A program made the position numbers and the translations under genes. From NCBI GenBank assembly GCA_964535465.1, contig CAZHUY010000004.1, positions 1 through 54,677 on the forward strand: 54,677 nt of DNA, written 5' to 3'. Each line of letters opens with the position of its first letter. Within the stretch, counting starts at the first letter, position 1. This document shows positions 15,442 through 25,068 of the stretch, in pieces. Under the pieces are notes generated by a model. That model saw only the letters and a program-made list of their open reading frames with translations, was not told where the DNA came from and did no database searches. Source of the stretch: an uncultured Myxococcales bacterium. GTDB lineage: Bacteria > Myxococcota_A > Polyangia > Fen-1088.

Positions 15442-16737
15442 TCAGCCAGTCCGCCGGCGGAGTTTTTCCACCAGCGTGGTCCTGTTCATGCCGAGCAATT
15501 CGGCCGCGCGATTCTTGTTGCCCCCGGTTCGTTGCAGGGCTTGCTCGATCAGCCGATCCTCGAGTTGGGTGAGCAGCAGGCGCAGATCGACGCCGTCTTG
15601 AGGCAGATCCACCAGCGTGGGGCCGAGCCTCACCACGTCGGTGCGTAGCCCAGGGGGGAGATCATTGACGGTGACCTCCCGGTCCTTGACCGTGGCGACC
15701 AGTCGGTCGACTGTCTCCGCGACCTGGCGTACGTTTCCTGGCCACGAAGATGCCCCGAGCTTGACCAGGACCTCGGGAGAGAACGGCGGAACACTGCGAT
15801 TCCGCCGGGCGTTGGCGGCCCGGCGAAAGTGATCGATCAGGGTCGGAATGTCCTCGGGGCGTTCGCGTAGGGGCGGGATGGAGAGGGGGAGGACGTTCAG
15901 ACGGTGGAAGCGCTCGGTGAGGAACTCGCCCTCCCGAACCACCTGCTCCATGTTCTGGGTGGTGGCCACGACGATTCGCAGGTCCTTGCCGGACGCTCCG
16001 CCCAGATCCTTGGGATTCTTCAGGATTCCGAGCAATCCGATCTGCGCCTCGGTCGTCAGGGTGGCCACGTCATCGATGAACAGCGTGCCTCCCAACGAGG
16101 ACATGACCTCATCAGGCGCCTCGTTGGCACCGAAGAAGTCGTTGTCGCTCTCTTGGCTCGACTCGCGTCGGACCGCCACGAAGGGTCCGGCGCGACGGCT
16201 GCTGCACGAGTGGATCAGGCGGGCGACGATCTCTTGCCCGGTGCCCTCCTCGCCGCGTATGAAGACGCTGGCTCCGGAATCGGCGGCCTGTTCAATGCGA
16301 TCCAGGACCACCCGAATGGCGGGATGGTCGCCCATCAGGCATGCCCCGCTGGTTTCGCTGCCAACGCCGCCGCTGACACTCTCGTGTATGACCCGGCGGA
16401 TGATGGCAACCGCCAGATCGGGGTGAAACGGTCGCGGCAGGAAATCGGCTGCGCCGGCGCGAAAGGCCGTCACCACCTCGCCCGTGGTGCGTTGACCGGC
16501 CAAGGCAATCACCGGAGTCCACGGCTGGCAGGCTTGCGCCGTCTGGATGATCTGCTCGCCGCCCTCGGGGAGATTCATGTCGACGACGCACAGGTCGAAC
16601 GATTCGGAGCGGAGCTGCTCGCGCGCTACCTCAGCCGTGGCTGCCATCACGCAACCTCGTTCGAGCCGCGCGGCCACTTGCTGAAGCGCCGTCTGTCCGA
16701 CGGCATCGGCGTCCACAAAAAGGAAACGGTTTGGCAT
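15442..16737 (-). CDS. NtrC-family response regulator (REC - AAA+ sigma-54-activator-like domain - Fis-type HTH) with a degenerate ATPase/sigma-54 contact region
   Basis: REC domain (FLFVDAD...FDLCVVDMNLP). AAA+ core (VFIRGEEGTGQEIVARLIHSCSSRR, GGTLFIDDV, LRIVVATTQ, RLNVLPLSIPPLRERPEDI, WPGNVRQ). C-terminal HTH (GGNKNRAAELLGMNRTTLVEKL). No GAFTGA motif is visible. Confidence 0.85.
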   Translation of the reverse strand: MPNRFLFVDADAVGQTALQQVAARLERGCVMAATAEVAREQLRSESFDLCVVDMNLPEGGEQIIQTAQACQPWTPVIALAGQRTTGEVVTAFRAGAADFLPRPFHPDLAVAIIRRVIHESVSGGVGSETSGACLMGDHPAIRVVLDRIEQAADSGASVFIRGEEGTGQEIVARLIHSCSSRRAGPFVAVRRESSQESDNDFFGANEAPDEVMSSLGGTLFIDDVATLTTEAQIGLLGILKNPKDLGGASGKDLRIVVATTQNMEQVVREGEFLTERFHRLNVLPLSIPPLRERPEDIPTLIDHFRRAANARRNRSVPPFSPEVLVKLGASSWPGNVRQVAETVDRLVATVKDREVTVNDLPPGLRTDVVRLGPTLVDLPQDGVDLRLLLTQLEDRLIEQALQRTGGNKNRAAELLGMNRTTLVEKLRRRTG

Positions 16738-16968
16738 TGCCTTCCGCAGGGTATCGGCGGGAGGAAATTGCTGCTAAAGAGCCCTGGCGCCGAGACCGGC
16801 ATGCACGAAAACACGATCTCGGCAGAGAAAGCAATATTGTTGGAGGGACCGCGATTTATGTGGCGCGCTGTGAGGGTGCGCGAATCCCCGCAGGCGACTT
16901 GACGAAGGGCTGATGACGACGGAGATTTGCCCAAACGCGAGACCGAGAATCAGACCCGGAAGTCCTTC

Positions 16969-18872
<1,904 letters not shown>

Positions 18873-18876
<4 letters not shown>

Positions 18877-19433
18877 ACCCAGCCGCACACACCACAACCC
18901 TGGCCGAGATCGTCGCCTTTGCTGTCCTGAGCGCCGGCGTCCTGGGCGGGGCCATGTTGACCATCACCCGGCGCAATCCCGTGAGCGCGGTCATGAGCCT
19001 GGTGTTCACCTTTGCCGCTCTGGCCGGCGTGTTTGCCACGCTGGCCGCGCACTTCCTGGCCATCCTGCAGGTGCTGGTCTACGCCGGCGCCATCATGGTG
19101 CTGTTCATCTTCGTGGTCATGATGGTGAACCGCAAGGAGACCACGCCCATCACCCGTTATGGCATCGTCACCCGCGCCCTGGGAGTGCTGGCGGGCGGCT
19201 ATGTCTTCTATCGGGTGGCCTGGTTGGTGGGGCACGAGCGCGCCGTCCCTCTGCTGGCGGCCAACACGGTCCCGCCGGTGGTGAACTTCGGTACCGTGGG
19301 CTCGGTGGGGGCGCTGCTCTTCTCCGATTTTCTGTTTCCCTTCGAGGCCATCTCGTTGTTGTTGCTGGTGGCCGTGGTGGGGGGCGTGACCCTGACCCGA
19401 CGCTTGCCCCGCGCGGGCGGCCGGACTTCCTGA
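18873..19433 (+). CDS. nuoJ: NADH-quinone oxidoreductase subunit J
   Basis: The start ATG overlaps the nuoEF stop (ATGA). Sequence: AVLSAGVLGGAMLTITRRNPVSAVMSLVFTFAALAGVF...LQVLVYAGAIMVLFIFVVMM...FEAISLLLLVAVVGG. Confidence 0.88.
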
Positions 19434-19732
19434 TGCCAACCTACGCCTACATCCTGCTCTCCCTGGCGCTGTTCTTCGTGGGTAGCGCCGGCGTGCTCTT
19501 GCGGCGCAACGTGCTCATCGTGCTCATGAGCGTGGAGATGCAACTGGCGGCCGGCACCCTGGCCCTGTTGGCCTTCTCGCGCGCCCTGGGCGATCAGAAG
19601 GGTCACGTGTTCGCCTTCTTCGTCATGGCCTTGGCCGCGGCCGAGGCGGCCATCGGGTTGGGCATCGTGGTGAGCATCTTCCGCACGCGGCAGACCGCGA
19701 ACCTGGACGAAGTCAACGAGTTGAAGGGCTGA
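19433..19732 (+). CDS. nuoK: NADH-quinone oxidoreductase subunit K
   Basis: 99 aa. Sequence: LSLALFFVGSAGVLLRRNVLIVLMSVEMQLAAGTLALLAF...FFVMALAAAEAAIGLGIV. The start shares one nt with the nuoJ stop (TGATG). Confidence 0.9.
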   Translation: MPTYAYILLSLALFFVGSAGVLLRRNVLIVLMSVEMQLAAGTLALLAFSRALGDQKGHVFAFFVMALAAAEAAIGLGIVVSIFRTRQTANLDEVNELKG

Positions 19733-19735
19733 CCC

Positions 19736-21943
19736 ATGCTTTCTCGTCTGTTCTTCATCCCGCTCTTGCCCTTGCTGGGCGCTCTTTACCTGATGCTCTT
19801 CGGGCGGCTGCACGGCCGCAGGCTGGTGCACCTGATCGCCTGCGTGGCGGTGGGCGCGGCCGCGGTGATCTCGCTGGATGCTTTCTTTCGCGGCCTGCCC
19901 CCGGTGGTGGCGTCGGGCGGCCTGTACGAGCCTTTGTGGACCTGGTTCGCGAGCGGCAGCTTGAAGGTCGACCTGGCCCTGCGCATGGACGCGCTCTCCG
20001 GTCTCCTGTGCCTGGTGGTGACCGTGATCGGCACGCTCATCCACATCTATTCCACGGGCTACATGGCCCACGAGGCCGACTACGCGCGCTTCTTCGCGTA
20101 CATGAACCTGTTCTGCGGCGCCATGCTGCTGCTGGTGCTGGGCGACAGCCTGCCCGTGATGTTCATCGGGTGGGAGGGCGTGGGCCTGTGCAGCTACCTG
20201 CTCATCGGTTTCTGGTACGGCGAGAGCGCCAACGCCAACGCGGGCAAGAAGGCCTTCATCACCAACCGCATCGGCGATTTCGGATTTCTCATCGGCATGT
20301 TCCTGCTCTTCCGCGCGCTGGGCACGCTGGAGATGCCGGCCATCGTGGGGGCCGCCCACTCCGGTAGCGCCGCGCTGACCGCACCCCTGTGGTTGGGTCA
20401 GCCGGTGGCCTTCTGGGCGGCGGTCTTCCTGTTCATTGGTGCCGCGGGTAAGTCGGCGCAGCTTCCTTTATATGTATGGCTGCCCGACGCCATGGCCGGC
20501 CCCACCCCGGTTTCGGCCCTGATTCACGCGGCCACCATGGTGACCGCGGGGGTGTACATGGTGGCGCGGCTGGGGACGCTCTACCTGCTGGCCCCTGCCG
20601 CCTTGGCCATCGTGGCCATCGTGGGGGCGCTGACCGCGCTTTTCGCGGCGGCCATCGCCTTTGCCCAGAACGATTTCAAGAAGGTGCTGGCCTATTCCAC
20701 CATCAGCCAGCTTGGCTTCATGTTCGTGGGCGTGGGCACCGGGAACTTCGCGGGCGGCGTGTTCCACCTGTTCACCCACGCCTTCTTCAAGGCCGGGTTG
20801 TTCCTGTGCGCGGGTTCGGTCATGCACGCCATGGCCGGCTCGGGCGACATCACCAAGATGGGGGGCCTGGCTCGCAAGATGCCGTGGACCACCTGGGTGT
20901 TCCGCGCTTGCTGGCTGGCCATCTGTGGCGTGCCGGTCTTCAGCGGCTTCTTCTCGAAGGACTCTATCGTGGCCGGCAGCTTCGCCACCCGTGCCTTTGG
21001 TCCTGGCATGACCTGGGTGGGGCCGGCGGTGGGCTGGGCTTTGCTGGTCGCGGCCCTGGGCACCGCGTTCTACATGTCGCGCCTCTATTTCCTGGTGTTC
21101 ACCGGTGAGTGCCGCGCGGACCAACACACGCGCGAGCACCTGAATGAATCCCCGATCGAGATGGTTGCTCCCCTGGTGGTGCTTGCCTTGGGCGCCGTCG
21201 TGGCCGGGGCCATCGGCCTGCCCACCGCGCTTTTGGGCGAGCACGGCGAATGGCTCGAGCACTGGTTGACCCCGGCCGTGGGTCATGGGGTCTCCATCGC
21301 CACGGCGATCCAGTGGCGGACCATGATCCTGTCGACCGTCGTGGCGCTGACCGGGATCGGGCTCGCTTGGGTCTTCTTCGGTGGCGGCGTGCGCGCCCCC
21401 GCCCGACGTTTCGTCGCGCTCTGGCCCAACCTGGCCAGCGCCACCGAGGCCAAGTTCTTCGTGGACGAGATCTACCACTCGCTGGTGGTGCGACCCCTGC
21501 GGGTGGTGTCGCAGGCCCTCTTCCACTTCTTCGACCGCATGATCATCGATGGTCTGCTGGTGGGAACCTGGGCTGCGCTGGCGGATGGGGCAGGGCGCCT
21601 GCTGCGTCGGTTCCAGGTGGGCGACGTGCAACGCTACCTGGCCGTGTTCGCGGTCGGCTTGGCCGCCCTGGTCTACGTGATGGCCAAACCCGCGTCGCCC
21701 TCGGACATCCTGGTGCGCGTGGACGGCCGCAACGTCAACGTCGAGGTGAAACAGCCGGATGGCGCCGGCCCGCTTCGTTACGGCTTCGATTTTGACGGTG
21801 ATGGTGTGGAAGACCGCAGCGGCGCTTCCTCGCGGGTCAGTTGGCTCTACGCCGGGCCCGGGCGCTACCAGGCCCTCATTCGTGTCAGCGATCCGCGCTG
21901 GGGAACGACGCGTACGTTGTCGCACACCATCGAGGTACGGTAA
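19736..21943 (+). CDS. nuoL: NADH-quinone oxidoreductase subunit L with a C-terminal PKD-like extension
   Basis: Motifs: GWEGVGLCSYLLIGFWY, SAQLPLYVWLPDAMAGPTPVSALIHAATMVTAGVY, AYSTISQLGFMF, HAFFKAGLFLCAGSVMH. An extra 85 aa follows the last TM helix (LRYGFDFDGDGVEDRSG...WLYAGPGRYQALIRVSDPRWG). Confidence 0.9.
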   Translation: MLSRLFFIPLLPLLGALYLMLFGRLHGRRLVHLIACVAVGAAAVISLDAFFRGLPPVVASGGLYEPLWTWFASGSLKVDLALRMDALSGLLCLVVTVIGTLIHIYSTGYMAHEADYARFFAYMNLFCGAMLLLVLGDSLPVMFIGWEGVGLCSYLLIGFWYGESANANAGKKAFITNRIGDFGFLIGMFLLFRALGTLEMPAIVGAAHSGSAALTAPLWLGQPVAFWAAVFLFIGAAGKSAQLPLYVWLPDAMAGPTPVSALIHAATMVTAGVYMVARLGTLYLLAPAALAIVAIVGALTALFAAAIAFAQNDFKKVLAYSTISQLGFMFVGVGTGNFAGGVFHLFTHAFFKAGLFLCAGSVMHAMAGSGDITKMGGLARKMPWTTWVFRACWLAICGVPVFSGFFSKDSIVAGSFATRAFGPGMTWVGPAVGWALLVAALGTAFYMSRLYFLVFTGECRADQHTREHLNESPIEMVAPLVVLALGAVVAGAIGLPTALLGEHGEWLEHWLTPAVGHGVSIATAIQWRTMILSTVVALTGIGLAWVFFGGGVRAPARRFVALWPNLASATEAKFFVDEIYHSLVVRPLRVVSQALFHFFDRMIIDGLLVGTWAALADGAGRLLRRFQVGDVQRYLAVFAVGLAALVYVMAKPASPSDILVRVDGRNVNVEVKQPDGAGPLRYGFDFDGDGVEDRSGASSRVSWLYAGPGRYQALIRVSDPRWGTTRTLSHTIEVR

Positions 21944-21946
21944 GCC

Positions 21947-23572
21947 ATGGCCAGCCTCTCCCTCACCGTGCTGATACCGCTCATCGGGGCCGGCCTGGTC
22001 ATGCTGGTGCCTCGTGGCGAGCGGACCAGCCGCCCGCTCGGTCTGCTCTCGGCCTTCGTCAGCCTGGTGCAATCGGTGCTGGTGCTGCTCGGCTTCGACA
22101 AGACCTTGGGCACCTTCCAGATGCAGGTCGACTGGCCTTGGGTGCCGTCGCTGGGCATTCGCTTTCATCTGGGCGTGGACGGGATCTCCCTGTGGCTGGT
22201 GCTGCTCACCACCCTGATGGTGTTCATCACCTTGCTGTCGCCCCAGGCCATGGGCCTGCACAAGACGCGCGCCCGCGAGTTCGTGGTGTCCATGTTGGTG
22301 CTGGAGACCGGCATGTTGGGCGCCTTCCTGGCCATCGACCTGTTCGCCTTCTACGTGTTCTGGGAGGTCATGCTCATCCCGATGTACTTCATCATCGGGG
22401 TGTGGGGCGGCGAGCGGCGCATCTACGCGGCCCTGAAGTTCGTCATCTTCACCATGGTGGGCTCGCTGCTGATGCTGGCGGCCATCCTTTACATGTACGT
22501 CCAGGTCCACAAGGTCACGGGGCAGTGGACCTTCGACTACGTCACCTGGAGCACGCTGGCCTTGCCGCGCACCGCGGAGTTGCTGTGCTTCCTGGCCTTC
22601 ACCCTGGCCTTCATGATCAAGGTGCCGCTCTTCCCGCTGCACACCTGGTTGCCCGACGCCCACGTCGAGGCGCCCACCGGCGGATCGGTCATCCTGGCGG
22701 CTGTGTTGCTGAAGTTCGGGGCCTATGGTTTCCTGCGTTTCGCGTTGCCGCTCTTCCCGGTGGCGGCCCATCAGGTGGTGCCGGTGATCGCCTGGCTGGC
22801 GGTGATCGGCATCATCTTTGGCGCGCTCATGGCTTGGGTGCAGGACGACATCAAGAAGCTGGTGGCGTACTCGTCGGTGTCGCACCTGGGATTCGTGGTG
22901 CTGGGGATCATGACCTTGACCCAGACCGGCATCCAGGGTGGCATCTACCAGATGCTGGCCCACGGGATCTCCACGGGCGGTCTCTTCTTGGCCGTCGGGA
23001 TCCTTTACGAACGTCGACACACCCGCTTGATGGCGGACTTCGGCGGTCTGTGGAAACAGATGCCGGTGTTCGCGGCGTGCTTCCTGGTCATCGTGTTGGC
23101 GTCGGTGGGTCTGCCGGGGTTGTGCGGTTTCGTGGGCGAGTTCCTGGTGCTGGTCGGCACCTTCACCGCGGGCAAGGAATGGCAGGCCGCGGGGATGACG
23201 AACCCGCCATTTTCCCATCCGGCGCTGCTGGCGGGCTTGGCGACCATCGCCGTCATTCTGGCCGCCATCTATCTCCTCACCATGTTCCAGCGGGTCATGT
23301 TCGGGCCGCTCGACAAGCCCGAGAACCGCGCCCCCGAGGTGCGTGATCTAGGGTGGCGCGAGCGTGTGGTGTTCGGGGTGCTGATGGTGGTCGCGTTGGT
23401 GATGGGCATCCTGCCCCAGCCCATCATCGAGCGCACCAGCGCCTCGGTGGGAACCCTCACCGCCCACTACGCCAGTCGTCTGGTCGAGGCCAGCCAGAAC
23501 CCCGACGGCCCGGCACGACAGATCAAAACCGGTCGAACCCTCGCGCATGGCGAGACAGCGAGGGCTTTCTGA
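21947..23572 (+). CDS. nuoM: NADH-quinone oxidoreductase subunit M
   Basis: Motifs: FYVFWEVMLIPMYFIIGVWGG, KVPLFPLHTWLPDAHVEAPTGGSVILAAVLLKFGAYGF, AYSSVSHLGFVVLG. Confidence 0.9.
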   Translation: MASLSLTVLIPLIGAGLVMLVPRGERTSRPLGLLSAFVSLVQSVLVLLGFDKTLGTFQMQVDWPWVPSLGIRFHLGVDGISLWLVLLTTLMVFITLLSPQAMGLHKTRAREFVVSMLVLETGMLGAFLAIDLFAFYVFWEVMLIPMYFIIGVWGGERRIYAALKFVIFTMVGSLLMLAAILYMYVQVHKVTGQWTFDYVTWSTLALPRTAELLCFLAFTLAFMIKVPLFPLHTWLPDAHVEAPTGGSVILAAVLLKFGAYGFLRFALPLFPVAAHQVVPVIAWLAVIGIIFGALMAWVQDDIKKLVAYSSVSHLGFVVLGIMTLTQTGIQGGIYQMLAHGISTGGLFLAVGILYERRHTRLMADFGGLWKQMPVFAACFLVIVLASVGLPGLCGFVGEFLVLVGTFTAGKEWQAAGMTNPPFSHPALLAGLATIAVILAAIYLLTMFQRVMFGPLDKPENRAPEVRDLGWRERVVFGVLMVVALVMGILPQPIIERTSASVGTLTAHYASRLVEASQNPDGPARQIKTGRTLAHGETARAF

Positions 23573-25056
23573 TGAAGATTGACGTCTCGGAGTTTGCCGC
23601 TCTCCTTCCGTTTCTTCTGCTCTCCGCTGTGGGGTGCGCGACCCTGCTGGTCGACGTCTTGGCCAAGAGCCGCACGCTGGCCTTGCGGGTGGCGCAGTTG
23701 GGGTGCCTGGCCGCCTTGGCCGCAGTCATCGGGCAGTGGGAAGGCGCTGGCAGCAGCAGCACGGTCTTCTCCGGCATGTGGGTCGCGGATCGCATGGCGT
23801 TGTTCTTGGATGCAATCTTTCTCATCACCGGGCTGGTCACCTTGATGGTGGCCGCTCCCTTCATGCGCGAACACGACTTCGAGCACGGCGAGCACCACGC
23901 CCTGGTCCTGTTCGCCGTGGCCGGCATGATGATGGTGGGCCACGCCGGCCACCTGCTCTCGTTGCTCATCGGCGTCGAGACCATGTCGATGGCCGCCTAT
24001 TTGTTGGTGGCCAGTTGGCGGCGGCAAGCGCAGGGGGCAGAGGGCGCGCTCAAGTATCTGCTGCTGGGCGCGTTCGCCACGGGCTTCCTGGTCTATGGCA
24101 CCGCTCTGGTCTACGGCACCACGGGTGGGGCCATGGGCTACGCAGCCGTCAGCGCCGCCGCGGCTCGGGCCGCCGGCAACCCCTTGTTCGTCATCGGCAT
24201 GTATTTCCTGCTGGTCGGGCTGCTGTTCAAGATCGCGGCCGTTCCCTTTCACATGTGGACCCCCGACGCCTACCAGGGGGCGCCAACCCCGGTGACCGGG
24301 ATGATGGCGGCCGGTGTAAAGGCCGCGTCCATCGCCGGTCTGTTGCGCTTGCTGAGCGTGGCTTTTGCCGATTCCGGCCTGACCCTGGGCCATGCGGGCT
24401 GGGTGCGCATCTTGGGCTTGGTGGCCGTGGTGACCATGACCTGGGGCAACCTGGCGGCGCTTCGCCAGGACAACGTCAAGCGCATGCTGGCCTATTCGTC
24501 GATCGCCCACGCCGGCTATCTGCTGGTGGGCCTGGCGGCCTTGGGCCTACGCCTGGATGGCGCGCAGGCGGCCCTCTTGGTGTATCTGGCGGCCTACGCG
24601 CTCACCTCGCTGGGACTGTTCGCGGTGGTGGCGTGGGTCGGCCGGCGCGACGACGAGCGCTCCCTGGTGGACGACTGGTCCGGCCTGGCCCGCACCCGAC
24701 CTGCCACGGCCCTGGCCATGGCGCTGCTGCTGCTCTCGCTGGCCGGGATCCCGCCCACTGGTGGCTTCTTCGGCAAGTTCTATGTGTTCCGCGCGGCCAT
24801 GCAGAGTCCCGAGCTGGTCTGGCTGGTGGTGGCCGCCGTGATCAACAGCGTGATCAGCGTCTACTACTACCTGCGCCTGGTGGTCGTCATGTACTTCCGC
24901 GATCCGGCGCGGCCGTGGAATCTCTATCCGTCGGCAGGCACGGGCTTGGCCCTGGCCGCCACGGTGCTGCTGGTCCTCGCGCTGGGCGTGGTGCCGGGCC
25001 CGGTGGTCGAGCTGGCGGCGGGCGGACTGGATCCCCGCGCTTTCTCGCTCTGGTGA
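23572..25056 (+). CDS. nuoN: NADH-quinone oxidoreductase subunit N
   Basis: I chose the start MKIDVSEFAALLPFLLL, overlapping the nuoM stop (TGATG), over the upstream ORF start at 23353. Motifs: GVETMSMAAYLLV, KIAAVPFHMWTPDAYQGAPTPVTGMMAAGVKAA, AYSSIAHAGYLL. Confidence 0.88.
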   Translation: MKIDVSEFAALLPFLLLSAVGCATLLVDVLAKSRTLALRVAQLGCLAALAAVIGQWEGAGSSSTVFSGMWVADRMALFLDAIFLITGLVTLMVAAPFMREHDFEHGEHHALVLFAVAGMMMVGHAGHLLSLLIGVETMSMAAYLLVASWRRQAQGAEGALKYLLLGAFATGFLVYGTALVYGTTGGAMGYAAVSAAAARAAGNPLFVIGMYFLLVGLLFKIAAVPFHMWTPDAYQGAPTPVTGMMAAGVKAASIAGLLRLLSVAFADSGLTLGHAGWVRILGLVAVVTMTWGNLAALRQDNVKRMLAYSSIAHAGYLLVGLAALGLRLDGAQAALLVYLAAYALTSLGLFAVVAWVGRRDDERSLVDDWSGLARTRPATALAMALLLLSLAGIPPTGGFFGKFYVFRAAMQSPELVWLVVAAVINSVISVYYYLRLVVVMYFRDPARPWNLYPSAGTGLALAATVLLVLALGVVPGPVVELAAGGLDPRAFSLW

Positions 25057-25068
25057 TACCCTGGGGCG

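Noticed and set aside
16785-16801. Sigma-54-like promoter TGGCGC-N5-CCGGCA upstream of nuoEF, next to the NtrC-family gene
   Set aside because: The GG-to-GC spacing is one nt too long relative to the TGGCAC-N5-TTGC consensus, and the -12 element lacks TTGC. The adjacent activator also looks sigma-54-incompetent.
20468-23218. 916-aa ORF on the minus strand
   Set aside because: It is antisense to nuoL and nuoM, whose translations carry unmistakable family motifs. The ORF product is low-complexity His/Arg/Gly/Gln-rich.
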